Numbered from the stretch's first letter, positions 11,613 to 20,945 are shown. The stretch: DNA of 56,613 nt from a bacterium (GCA_965233585.1 CBDDTI010000523.1:1-56613), one strand, 5' to 3'. Notes: generated from the sequence alone by a model not told the origin. Translations and numbers: made by a program.

Positions 11613-12197
11613 CTCATAGTTTTTTGATAAATGTGAGGGGTTAAATTTTTTAATTATAATTTATCTCTCACATTTATTTTAAAATTGTGAGTTTTTACTA
11701 CACTCAAGATAACTCCGAAGACCATCTTTATTTCTCATGCTTTTTTGACAAATGTGTGTAGGTCTAAATTTTTAAATTAAATTTGACCTGTCACATTTGG
11801 CATTAAAATTGTGAGCTATTACTCAACTCTAAAATCCGGACACTGCTTATCATCTCATGCTTTTTTTACTCTTGTACGGGTCTCATAATGTTTTATCATA
11901 TATGACACTCGCCACAAGAGTAATTAAATTGTGAGCAATTATTTAGCATAAACATCGTTAAATCACAGTCAACCTTCATCACATTTCATCATCAAGATCA
12001 ACGTCTTACACTTTTTTAACTTTTGTGCGCGATTTAAATCTTTAATTTTAATATTTGAATCCACATAAAAGTTACAAAATTGTGAGCAACTACTTCACTC
12101 CGAAAATGTTAACATCTAATCTTCATACTTTTTTGGCACTTGTTTAACTCCAAAATTTTTATTTATTTGGATTTGCTCAAGTACCATTAAATTGTGA
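11613..12197 (+). ncRNA. Array of five ~80-nt hairpins (candidate pri-miRNA cluster)
   Basis: Hairpins at 11613-11691, 11734-11815, 11854-11935, 12005-12086 and about 12123-12197. They share a basal CTCAT..TTTT / AAATTGTGAG stem, have different but complementary upper stems, and show G-U pairs on the plus strand. Confidence 0.55.
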
Positions 12198-12279
12198 TCA
12201 CCAACTCATCCAAATATTTGCCGAGCACGCTTTTATTTATTAGTTGGGTCTATGTTAAATGTTGTTTCAGTCGTGCAGC

Positions 12280-12663
12280 ATGTGTGGGCAAGTCAACAAC
12301 CAACCAACATCAGGATCGCCGCATAATTCTGACTGGGATTCTGGTCCTGACGAAGCCGGTATTTACAATACTTCAGATCCAACTCACATCGTGCATTGTA
12401 TGCGTCGCATTTCTGCTCATCTTCGCAGAATCAACGAGTCTTTGGAATCATTGGACAGTGAATTGGTAAACTACAGGACCTGTTTCAAAGACAAACTTCT
12501 TGGAAAACCTAATATTTCTGGCGACTCAGCCACCAGGTTGTGGTGGTATCGTGAAATCCAAAACGAACTAAAAGTGTTTCATTTTTATGCGTCTTTTTGC
12601 ATGAAATTGTTGTGCAAAGATTTTTGTTTGGAACAACACTCAGTTGATGGAGAAGAAGTATGA
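12280..12663 (+). CDS. Polinton hypothetical protein
   Basis: ATG at 12280 (MCGQVNN), 10 nt after a TTTCAG acceptor-like site; 127 codons; stop overlaps the next start (ATGA). Confidence 0.55.
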   Translation: MCGQVNNQPTSGSPHNSDWDSGPDEAGIYNTSDPTHIVHCMRRISAHLRRINESLESLDSELVNYRTCFKDKLLGKPNISGDSATRLWWYREIQNELKVFHFYASFCMKLLCKDFCLEQHSVDGEEV

Positions 12664-12983
12664 ACAACAACATTTGGTTAAAGATGAACCCAAATACACA
12701 TCAACGCTCAGAACCAAACCATCGTTTTGAAGAATTGGATCAATTTCATCAAGATTTGCCAAGATCTTCTAGCCTCAGCCGTTTTTACTCTGACCCTTGC
12801 ACTGATTTTTGTGCTGTGATTGGAATGATCTTTACTATGATTATCTCTATTTGTGCTTGTATATGGTTGATATCGGTATCAACTTGTAACGCTCTAAAAT
12901 CGCTTGCTTTAACAAATCGTACTTTAGAACTTTCTTTAGTAAATTTTACCAATAATTCATTGTTTTTAAATGATACGTTTTAA
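12660..12983 (+). CDS. Polinton small single-pass membrane protein
   Basis: Hydrophobic FCAVIGMIFTMIISICACIWLISV; C-terminal N-glycosylation sequons NRT, NFT, NNS and NDT; AATAAA right after the stop. Confidence 0.6.
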   Translation: MNNNIWLKMNPNTHQRSEPNHRFEELDQFHQDLPRSSSLSRFYSDPCTDFCAVIGMIFTMIISICACIWLISVSTCNALKSLALTNRTLELSLVNFTNNSLFLNDTF

Positions 12984-12994
12984 TAGAATAAAAT

Positions 12995-14746
12995 TTAAAT
13001 TGGGTTTTTAATTACAATATTTAAAATAACACTTTTTTCGTTGTCGAATTCAATTAAGTCTCCGTCCAATCTCCTCAATTCGATCTTCATGTTGTCTAAA
13101 TAATCAACATTGCATTTGATAAATTCTAAATGCTCAAAATGGATCGAGCAGTAGTCATTTTGTTTTGACTGTCCAATCGTGGGAATAATTCTAAGTATTG
13201 GGTAAAATTTGTCTCCGACAATAGAATGCTGAACAAAATTGGCATAACAAATCATAACACCAGGATACAGTTTGTAAATGTCTATCGGTTGTGGTGCTTG
13301 ATAAACTGAGTAATTTCTCACAGCAAAAAAATGGTAGTTGTTTTGATCACTAACTCTTTGTTTTTCTTCATTGGGGTAATCGTACATTCCTAAAATCGGA
13401 CAAAAGCTTTGTGGAAATCCAATTATAAAAATTTGATCAGTTTTAGCCGTAATTCTTAAATATCCATTAACGTTTTCAAAATATACTAGTTTCTTTAATT
13501 CTTCTGTCAATAAATCATTCATTGCCGTTGTTAAATCGTTAGAGTCACAAAAATAATTTTTTGGTATATTCAATTTGTGTTCTTCCTCTATGTTTCCATC
13601 CTTAACCAGTTTTATAATTATTGGTTCATTAGCGATTGATTCTGGAATGCTGCATATGCTGTCGGGAAAAGAAATATCCATCAGGGCAATTTTCGCGTTT
13701 GGATTTAAATGCAGTGGATGTTTTAAATGCACCCAAAAGCTACTATTTGTATTTTCGTAATCCAATTTGGCATCTACTTTCGAATCGATTCGCACGTGTC
13801 TCAATTCGTGATCCATGTTTTTTTCTTTCTCTCTCAAATGGTAATGAATTAGAGACGGTTGACCTTCGTTTAAGCTCAAAAGATTTCCAAAAGCATCTGT
13901 GAATTGAGAGTTTATCGTCTCAATATTGGTTTGCCGCACTTGATAATATCTGACCTTTTTTACATTATGGTAAAAATAATGACCCTCCATTTGCTTAGGT
14001 AAAGTTGTTGTAAACATAATTGTGGAATAATTATCACTGTTAGGAACGTCGGAAATAATATTTGATTTTACGTGAACTAAACCGGGTTTCAAAACGGAAG
14101 TCACTTTATTTGCTATGGTTTGAAACCTAAAATTTTTTTGTAACGGATAATACACATATTCGTTACCAAAATATTTAATTGATTTTTCTCCAGAAAAAAA
14201 CACTCTGTCTTTATAACATCTTAACTTTATAATTTTTATTAACTGTTGATGAATTAGTAAGTATCTATTATGATTGTAATTTTCATTTTCCGTCTCATTT
14301 TCGGTTTCTTTTTTAGGACCTTCTTCAATTATGTAGAATCTTTTAGTTTCACCGTCTGATTCGAGGTCACCAACAACCATTTTCATTCCTTCCTTGTAAA
14401 TAAATTGCATCAAATTTTGCATTAATCTATATACTGACAGATCTTCTTCATCTAAATCAGGCAAAACCCAAACAGATTTTGTCTGGTTTAAAATCTCGGT
14501 CTCTATCTCCTTTTCTGAAGAATTTATAGATGTTAATTCGTTTTTTAGCGTTATGACACCGATTTGACCTTTTGTCATGGTTAATTGGTTGTAATTATAA
14601 TGTAACCCCATAGATACTATTCCAATTTCCCATTCTCTATTTTTCAAATCTAAATTTTGCGGAAATAAATTGGTAAAGGAATTTAAAGTATTTTTGACGT
14701 CCGTATTGGAACCAGCGTTTGACACGCAATAAATGTTATAATCCAT
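12995..14746 (-). CDS. Minor capsid protein (penton, PX-like) with two tandem domains
   Basis: Two copies of the Polinton penton pattern: NTLNSFTNLFPQNLDL..EWEIGI and NTNSSFWVHLKHPLHL...KIALMDISFP. C-terminal ends IETINSQFTDAFGNLL and SIVGDKFYPILRIIP...LDNMKIELRRLDGDLI. Confidence 0.85.
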   Translation of the reverse strand: MDYNIYCVSNAGSNTDVKNTLNSFTNLFPQNLDLKNREWEIGIVSMGLHYNYNQLTMTKGQIGVITLKNELTSINSSEKEIETEILNQTKSVWVLPDLDEEDLSVYRLMQNLMQFIYKEGMKMVVGDLESDGETKRFYIIEEGPKKETENETENENYNHNRYLLIHQQLIKIIKLRCYKDRVFFSGEKSIKYFGNEYVYYPLQKNFRFQTIANKVTSVLKPGLVHVKSNIISDVPNSDNYSTIMFTTTLPKQMEGHYFYHNVKKVRYYQVRQTNIETINSQFTDAFGNLLSLNEGQPSLIHYHLREKEKNMDHELRHVRIDSKVDAKLDYENTNSSFWVHLKHPLHLNPNAKIALMDISFPDSICSIPESIANEPIIIKLVKDGNIEEEHKLNIPKNYFCDSNDLTTAMNDLLTEELKKLVYFENVNGYLRITAKTDQIFIIGFPQSFCPILGMYDYPNEEKQRVSDQNNYHFFAVRNYSVYQAPQPIDIYKLYPGVMICYANFVQHSIVGDKFYPILRIIPTIGQSKQNDYCSIHFEHLEFIKCNVDYLDNMKIELRRLDGDLIEFDNEKSVILNIVIKNPI

Positions 14747-14752
14747 TCCACG

Positions 14753-15835
14753 TTATTGTGACACATCAACTACATCTTTCTCATATGTCCAACTGGGGTT
14801 TTTATACCCTTTCCATTTCACCAAAACCATTTTTTCACCTGTTTTTTTATCTTTTTTTGTTCGTAAAATTTTTTCAATCATAAATAATTCTGGCTCATTC
14901 ACGGGAGTAAGTTCACTCTCATAAAAATTTCCTTCCAGAGTTTCATCCTGTTCTAAAGTTTCCAATTCATAAGTAGGTTTAGGCAAACGAGTAAAAATTG
15001 ATTTTATTTTAAAAATTTCTTCCTTAAATTGTTGTGTAAAACCTCTGTCAAATTTTCCCTTCATTATGCTAATGCGCACGGTTTGACCAATTTTGTATTT
15101 TGGTCTTTTTCTCTTAAACTTTGAATAATGCAATTCCTGTTTTCTTCTAATAAAATAAGTCCGACCGGGGAGCTCGGCTTCAGCGGGTGACATTCCAATC
15201 ATACGATGTTTACGATGGTTGTAGGTATGAACAAGAAAAGGTAATGCATCGATGTACCTATCTGTATTTTCGTGAGTCATGTATTTAAACATCAGATTTT
15301 TTAAAGTTCGGTTAAATCTTTCCACAAAAGGGGCGTGCACAAAATTGTTGCTGTGTAATAGAAGAATGTTATTGTTTTTGCAGTAGGCTTGAAACAATTT
15401 ATTCTTTATTTCTGCACCTTTATCAGCTAAAATTCTACGAGGAAACTTTTTTGCTCTTTTCATAATAGACTCGAATCCCTCCATAAAAGTTTTTGCTGTT
15501 TTATTTTTTAAGGGTTCTACAAACGCGAATCGTGTAAAAATATCAATAGCTGTTAAAAGGTATCTATTCCCGTCATTTTCTTCGATCAAATTTCCTAAAT
15601 CTATAAGATCAATTTGAAATTGATATCTCTTATGATAAGCAAATGTTGGATTTCTAGGTTTAGGTAATTTTGGTTGTTTATGAAGTGTGTAAGAATCAGT
15701 TCCCTTTAACCATTCTTCAATTGTCGTTAAAGGAATTTTTTTTCCATAATAATAATAAATCAACGCAGGAGATGCAAAAGCTATTGGTGAGCCTGGTCTT
15801 GCATATTCTTTTAAAAAAATCTCTTTTGTTGTCAT
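14753..15835 (-). CDS. int: Retroviral-type (rve, c-int) integrase with a C-terminal chromodomain-like region
   Basis: DDE motifs FQIDLID, ILADKGAE and VERFNRTLK; YTLHK motif; terminal FMIEKIL...VLVKWKGY..PSW. Confidence 0.95.
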   Translation of the reverse strand: MTTKEIFLKEYARPGSPIAFASPALIYYYYGKKIPLTTIEEWLKGTDSYTLHKQPKLPKPRNPTFAYHKRYQFQIDLIDLGNLIEENDGNRYLLTAIDIFTRFAFVEPLKNKTAKTFMEGFESIMKRAKKFPRRILADKGAEIKNKLFQAYCKNNNILLLHSNNFVHAPFVERFNRTLKNLMFKYMTHENTDRYIDALPFLVHTYNHRKHRMIGMSPAEAELPGRTYFIRRKQELHYSKFKRKRPKYKIGQTVRISIMKGKFDRGFTQQFKEEIFKIKSIFTRLPKPTYELETLEQDETLEGNFYESELTPVNEPELFMIEKILRTKKDKKTGEKMVLVKWKGYKNPSWTYEKDVVDVSQ

Positions 15836-15841
15836 TTCTTT

Positions 15842-16243
15842 TTAAAACAAGGGTTGTTTAGTTATTCTCCGTCTTTTTTTCCTAGATTTAGCAATTGACG
15901 GTGTTTTCCTCTTTCTGCTCGAATTTTGAGCTCGATATTCGTTGTTGGTATCTGCTTGTCTAGCAGCGTTAAGCAAAATACCGCGAGTAGCTGATTTTAA
16001 TCGTTGTTTAGCTTTTCTCCCGACCGGTTGACCCTCCAAAGCCTCTAATGCAGTTTCTACCGCCGCCTTTGTCGCCTCTTTTTTTAAAGCTTTACCTGCG
16101 GATCTTATCGGTGCGCTTCTAGCCACTTTTCCAATAGTTTTTACCGCTGATCTTGCTACCGGCATTAAACCGCGAAAAATTCCGGAAAAAAGTGATCCGA
16201 TTCCCGAGCCTCGTTGCCAACGTAAGCCGCTGTGGTAATTCAT
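15842..16243 (-). CDS. Basic virion core/membrane-active protein with a QRGSG-GSLF amphipathic motif
   Basis: QRGSGIGSLFSGIFRGLMPVARSAVKTIGK is typical of conserved small Polinton/adintovirus proteins; C-terminal NLS-like RKKRRR. Confidence 0.75.
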   Translation of the reverse strand: MNYHSGLRWQRGSGIGSLFSGIFRGLMPVARSAVKTIGKVARSAPIRSAGKALKKEATKAAVETALEALEGQPVGRKAKQRLKSATRGILLNAARQADTNNEYRAQNSSRKRKTPSIAKSRKKRRRITKQPLF

Positions 16244-16251
16244 ATATTTTC

Positions 16252-16971
16252 TTATTGCTCTAGACTTTTAAGACATCTGTATAAAGACATAACACTGACG
16301 CCTAAAATACGAGCCGTATTTTTGACGCTCGGATATAGTGCTCTTGTTTCTTTTAAAAAGGCATAAGCACATGCTGCTAATAAAGTCCTAGGAGCAAAAG
16401 AACTATTTTCATTTTTATTTAGTTTTTCTTTTATAGTTGTCATCTCTTGATAATTTAACTGTAGAGGCTGTAAAAAATATTCTGCCATATCTTTTGCTTT
16501 TATAGAATTTTCTGTTTTAATTGTGTTGGTCGAATCTTGTCTGTATAATTTTATCCATCGCCATACCGTTTTTGGGCTAATACCAATTTCCTGACACAAG
16601 TGACTTATTGGGCGGGGAATTTTTTCCTCTATTAAACTTTGATACAATGCCATAGCAATTAAGCCTTTTGGATTAATTTTAATTTTTCCATTTTTTTGAT
16701 AATGCCACGCTGCTATTTCTGACCACAAGTTAAAAATAGTGTTTGTAACATCATTATTTAAATGTAATTTATTACATAAATTTTTTAAAATATTTTTTTC
16801 CTTCTTTAAATGTTCGCTGTTTTGTTCAAATTCTTCATTTAAATTTTTTATTTTTTCCCATTTTGTTTCTAAATTTGGATCACAATATATTTTATCAATA
16901 ACTAAACCACACTCGGTGCACACTACGTCTCCTTGTCTGGTGTCTTCTATTATATATTGATGAATGCACAT
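16252..16971 (-). CDS. TFIIB: TFIIB-like transcription initiation factor
   Basis: N-terminal Zn ribbon CIH..IIEDTRQGDVVCTECGLVID; two cyclin-like repeats (LCNKLHL..., IPRPISHLCQEIGISPKTVWR, PRTLLAACAY...TARILGVSVMSLYRC). Confidence 0.9.
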   Translation of the reverse strand: MCIHQYIIEDTRQGDVVCTECGLVIDKIYCDPNLETKWEKIKNLNEEFEQNSEHLKKEKNILKNLCNKLHLNNDVTNTIFNLWSEIAAWHYQKNGKIKINPKGLIAMALYQSLIEEKIPRPISHLCQEIGISPKTVWRWIKLYRQDSTNTIKTENSIKAKDMAEYFLQPLQLNYQEMTTIKEKLNKNENSSFAPRTLLAACAYAFLKETRALYPSVKNTARILGVSVMSLYRCLKSLEQ

Positions 16972-17077
16972 TTTAATCCAATCTAATTTTTGAACATAAT
17001 TTCATTGTTTATTGTACGAAGTTCAAAATTTAACTGATTTTACAAATAATCCGACGTAATCTTTTATTATATTGAAT

Positions 17078-17620
17078 TTATTCAGTTTTATATTTTTTCA
17101 GCAATTCAGAAATAATTTTTATTCCTTGTGTAGCGTCTTTTTCGCAGGAAGCTCCAATTATTACTATTTTTCCAGACGAAAATATTAAAGCAGAACACTT
17201 TTTTAATGTTAAAAACATTCCAGGAAATTTCTCAGAGTCGTATCTCTTTTGGATAATTTCAAAATCTACATTTAATTTCAAATTGTTGTAAAATGTTAAT
17301 AAATTGATTTTTGATGACATATGACACAAACAAGTCATGTTTTCTATTTTAAACTTTTCAGTAATAAATTTACTACTTATAACAAGTTTTAATTCGTCTA
17401 ATGCTTTTGGTATATGCTCTGTGGAAGGGATTTTAGTAATATTTACGTGGAAATTTCGATTTTGCTTTGTTTTAGTAAACACAATAAAAGAATATTTTTT
17501 TTTAACAACAGTAAAATTATTATAATGTTTTAGTACATTATCGGTATTAAAAGAAATTTTGTCACTGTCGATGAGACGAATTTTGCAACTGATTTTAACA
17601 TTGCTGACCATCACTTCCAT
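17078..17620 (-). CDS. TBP: TATA-binding protein (TBP)-like
   Basis: ATG at 17620. C-terminal repeat KIENMTC...INL...YDSEKFPGMFL....SALIFSSGKIVIIGA matches the TBP repeat consensus; the N-terminal repeat (VSNVKISC...FIVF...VNITKI) is diverged. Confidence 0.88.
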   Translation of the reverse strand: MEVMVSNVKISCKIRLIDSDKISFNTDNVLKHYNNFTVVKKKYSFIVFTKTKQNRNFHVNITKIPSTEHIPKALDELKLVISSKFITEKFKIENMTCLCHMSSKINLLTFYNNLKLNVDFEIIQKRYDSEKFPGMFLTLKKCSALIFSSGKIVIIGASCEKDATQGIKIISELLKKYKTE

Positions 17621-17626
17621 CTTGGT

Positions 17627-18985
17627 ATGGGCTTGCCTGACAAAAGCGGAATTGCTGGATTGGCCGTGGAACAAAACGATGGCACAGAAAGTGGTTTAGC
17701 GCTTCACGCACCCTTAGAAGTGGAAACGGGTCTATTGGAAGGGGCTCACGTTATTTACAATAGCGTGGCTTCTATCACCAACACCGGTCCGGTAGAATTT
17801 CTTGTTCCTCGCGACAACGAGTGTTCTTTTATACTGAGTCAAACCAGACTCAGTGGGCATTTTGTAGTGACAAATGATGACGGCGGCTTTGTCACGGAGG
17901 CAAGTAAAACCGCGTTGGTAAATCATTTTGCTGCTTGTTTATTCAGTCAAGTAGAAGTGTATTTGAACGGTGTTCAAGTAGCTGATTTAAGTTCGGCGGT
18001 CACCTACCCCTGGAGAATGTTTTTACAATCATATTTAAGTTACAATATTGACGTAAAAGACACTTATCTGGCTGCCGAAGGATATTATCCCGAAACTATA
18101 GACGAAGTTACCACCACCAAAATTACCGAAGAAGTTTCCTCTAATTCTTTGAAAAAAAGAAAGAATTTGATTTTAAACGGGAAAAAAGTATTTTTTAACT
18201 CGCGTATAGCTGTTGATCTGTTTGACACTGATCGATTCTTACCACCAAATGTGGATATCAAGATAAAATTGGTTAGATCGGCTGAAACATTTGGTTTGCT
18301 TCAAGATCCTGCAGCAGCAAAACCTTTCAAAATTGTGTTAAAAGATGTCAAATTGCATATGAGAAAAGTGTTGCCTACGTTGATAATACGAGAAAGTTTC
18401 AAAAACAAACTTTTAAAAGAACCGTGCTACCTGCCTTTTAGCTCTACACGTTTAAGACATTACGTTATTCCTCAAGGCGTGTCGTCTTTTAACATCGCTA
18501 ATATTGCTAATGGAACATTACCCAAACAAGTGTTTTTTGTGATGGTTCACAATCAGGCTATGTCGCATGCTCCCGACAAAAATCCTTTTAATTTTCAACA
18601 CTTTAATCTTTCCTCGTTTAATTTAAAAAAGAACGGGCAATGCGTATTTCCCAAACCTTTTCAACCTAATATTGAGGAGGGGGACGTTGTTGATTTGTAT
18701 CGACATTTATACGACAGTATAGGCATTTCGCACGGCAATCAGTCCATTGGCTTGACGTATGATGCTTTTATAAATGGAAGATTTTTTCTGGCGGCCGACT
18801 TGACACCAGATCAATGTAATTCGTACCACACTCATCCAGAAAATTATGGAAATTTAGATTTAGAGTTGGCTTTTTCCCAAATCACTCCCCATCCAATATA
18901 CGTTCTGGCCTTATCTATTTTTAACTCCGGTATTAAAATAGATCAATTTCAACAAGTAAAAGGAACCATAAAAGGAACCAATTAA
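17627..18985 (+). CDS. Major capsid protein (double jelly-roll, PY/hexon-like)
   Basis: SITNTGPVEFLVP, CLFSQVEVYLNG, DLFDTDRFLPPNVDIKIKLVR, GTLPKQVFFVMV, KNPFNFQHFNL and ADLTPD are Polinton MCP motifs; 452 aa. Confidence 0.93.
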   Translation: MGLPDKSGIAGLAVEQNDGTESGLALHAPLEVETGLLEGAHVIYNSVASITNTGPVEFLVPRDNECSFILSQTRLSGHFVVTNDDGGFVTEASKTALVNHFAACLFSQVEVYLNGVQVADLSSAVTYPWRMFLQSYLSYNIDVKDTYLAAEGYYPETIDEVTTTKITEEVSSNSLKKRKNLILNGKKVFFNSRIAVDLFDTDRFLPPNVDIKIKLVRSAETFGLLQDPAAAKPFKIVLKDVKLHMRKVLPTLIIRESFKNKLLKEPCYLPFSSTRLRHYVIPQGVSSFNIANIANGTLPKQVFFVMVHNQAMSHAPDKNPFNFQHFNLSSFNLKKNGQCVFPKPFQPNIEEGDVVDLYRHLYDSIGISHGNQSIGLTYDAFINGRFFLAADLTPDQCNSYHTHPENYGNLDLELAFSQITPHPIYVLALSIFNSGIKIDQFQQVKGTIKGTN

Positions 18986-18988
18986 AAT

Positions 18989-19471
18989 ATGGAGGGTGGG
19001 TTATCAAATATCTTTTTAAACAATTACATTCGACCCAGATGTAAGAATTTCATCGGGGTATTTTCGGTCGACGACTTGCCATCTGATCCGCTTTCATTGC
19101 CTTGCTGTCTGATCGCTAACTTATCCAAAAGAAATCAAGAAGGATCTCATTTCGTAGCAATGTACATTAACAAGAAAAATCAACTCTATTATTTTGATTC
19201 TTTCGGTTTTTTACCACCGATATGGAACAAATGTTTGATGAAGTTTTTACGACCCTGGATAGAGAAAAACTCCTTCAAAATTATCTTATCTCACTCAATT
19301 CAGAGTTTCCGTTCTTTGTTTTGTGGATGGTACACGTGCGCATTTTGTTTATCTGTGGGCAACAATTTAATGACCCCTCAACAATTTGTTAAATTATTTG
19401 TAAAAAATCCCAAATCAGAAAACGATAAAATTGTAACTCACTTTATAAAAAAAATTGAAAATAAATGTTAA
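18989..19471 (+). CDS. Adenain-like cysteine protease
   Basis: GSHFVAMYI (His), YYFDSFG (Asp), IQSFRSLFCGWY (Gln/Cys). Confidence 0.95.
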   Translation: MEGGLSNIFLNNYIRPRCKNFIGVFSVDDLPSDPLSLPCCLIANLSKRNQEGSHFVAMYINKKNQLYYFDSFGFLPPIWNKCLMKFLRPWIEKNSFKIILSHSIQSFRSLFCGWYTCAFCLSVGNNLMTPQQFVKLFVKNPKSENDKIVTHFIKKIENKC

Positions 19472-19484
19472 TATATTTTTACTT

Positions 19485-20945
19485 TCATAACTTTGGATAT
19501 TTTCCTGAAAAAAGTTTTTTAACAGAATCTACTTTAGCTTCTGATTTAGACATTTTTCTTGTTTTTGATCTGGTTTTTGCAGGAGACACACCAGCTTCAA
19601 TAGGGTCCCTGTTTATTGGGCTTTTAGATTGTGACATTTTCATTGATTTTGATCTGATTTTGGTTTGTGCAGGAGTCATGTCAGCATCAGTGGAATTTCT
19701 TTTTGTTGCACCCTTTGATTTAGCTTTTCCGGCTGAAAATCGTATTTTAACAGGTGTGAGTGGAAATGAAGGAGAAGAGCTTCCAATTCCTCTTAATCTT
19801 CTTTTTCGAGGGGTAGAGGTCATTCCAAAAATTTTATTTTGATTTCTTACAGACAATTCTTTATAATGTTCTTTCATCATATGTTTGGCAAATTGTGGAA
19901 TGCCGACATATTGCTTCCCGCAATTGGGAAAGGGACAAACTATTTTGCCAGCTGCATTCTTTTCTTTCACTGCTTTTGCAATAGGTGTATTTCGCCAATT
20001 TAACACAACTGGAGATTTTATTGTGGAAAGTGCGTATGAGTAATCCATTTCATTTGAGCTGTTTCTTCTAGCGTAAGGGCTGGAAATCATTCCTTTAATG
20101 GTCTTTTTGTCTTTCAAAGCTATATCTTTAGGATGATCTTTTAGCAAATGTTTGCCCAATTGCCCTTCGTCAACATATTGCTTCCAACAATCAGGAACTG
20201 GACAAACTAATTTGCCTTTTGAATTTCTTTTCGTCATCGCTTCTAAAACAGGTGTTTCTCGCCATTCTTCTCGTTTGGTAGTAACAGGAGTTGAATAAGC
20301 TGATTCGTTCGGACTTTTTGTTTTTTCAGGACTAAGAGATTTTTCTGCAACAAATTCTCTTTCAATAATGGGGGTACTAGGTAAATTATTTTCTTCTTGT
20401 TGGGGAATTTCAGTGGGTGTTCTGTAAAGAGATACGTCCGTGAGATCCATATCGGAATCAATTCGAGCAGGTGTTAGTGCATTTGGTATTTCTTCTCGTT
20501 GCGTAATTTGGGTGGATGGTGATCTTAAAACCGGGTGGTAAGCGCGGTCAATACTGCTACCTTTTTGGGTAACTCGACCAGGAGACATTACATTCTGTAT
20601 TTCTTCTCGTTGAGGAATTTGAGTGGATGGTGATCTCGAAAGAGATTGGTAAGTACGACCCATGCTATCAGATTGGGCAATTGATGTGACATTCGGTAAT
20701 TTATCAGACCCAAAACGAAGTAATTTATCCCCAGTTTGGATTATTTTCTGTCTGTCTTGTAGATTTTTAAATTTAATGGCATTTTCAATATAGTTGGTTG
20801 TTTCCGGTTTTTCATTCATAGAAATAAGTTCTTTTTTTGATTCATCGTCTTCCGTATTTTTTATTAATGAATAATATAATCTTTTAGGTACTAAAAACAT
20901 GGAATACATTTCATCATGTGGTTTTATTTTTACTCCTGAGCTCAT
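19485..20945 (-). CDS. Ser/Thr-Pro-rich basic protein with two C2H2 zinc fingers
   Basis: CPVPDCWKQY...LGKHLLKDH and CPFPNCGKQY...FAKHMMKEH; N-terminal MFLVPKRLY; internal repeats; position between protease and ATPase. Confidence 0.8.
   Translation of the reverse strand: MSSGVKIKPHDEMYSMFLVPKRLYYSLIKNTEDDESKKELISMNEKPETTNYIENAIKFKNLQDRQKIIQTGDKLLRFGSDKLPNVTSIAQSDSMGRTYQSLSRSPSTQIPQREEIQNVMSPGRVTQKGSSIDRAYHPVLRSPSTQITQREEIPNALTPARIDSDMDLTDVSLYRTPTEIPQQEENNLPSTPIIEREFVAEKSLSPEKTKSPNESAYSTPVTTKREEWRETPVLEAMTKRNSKGKLVCPVPDCWKQYVDEGQLGKHLLKDHPKDIALKDKKTIKGMISSPYARRNSSNEMDYSYALSTIKSPVVLNWRNTPIAKAVKEKNAAGKIVCPFPNCGKQYVGIPQFAKHMMKEHYKELSVRNQNKIFGMTSTPRKRRLRGIGSSSPSFPLTPVKIRFSAGKAKSKGATKRNSTDADMTPAQTKIRSKSMKMSQSKSPINRDPIEAGVSPAKTRSKTRKMSKSEAKVDSVKKLFSGKYPKL

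Noticed and set aside
11613..12197. CRISPR array interpretation of the hairpin cluster
   Set aside because: Conserved parts are short and degenerate, variable parts are self-complementary stems, and there are no cas genes.
17621..17674. Upstream extension of the TBP ORF in the track
   Set aside because: Non-ATG start overlapping the MCP gene; homology begins at MEVMVSNVK.
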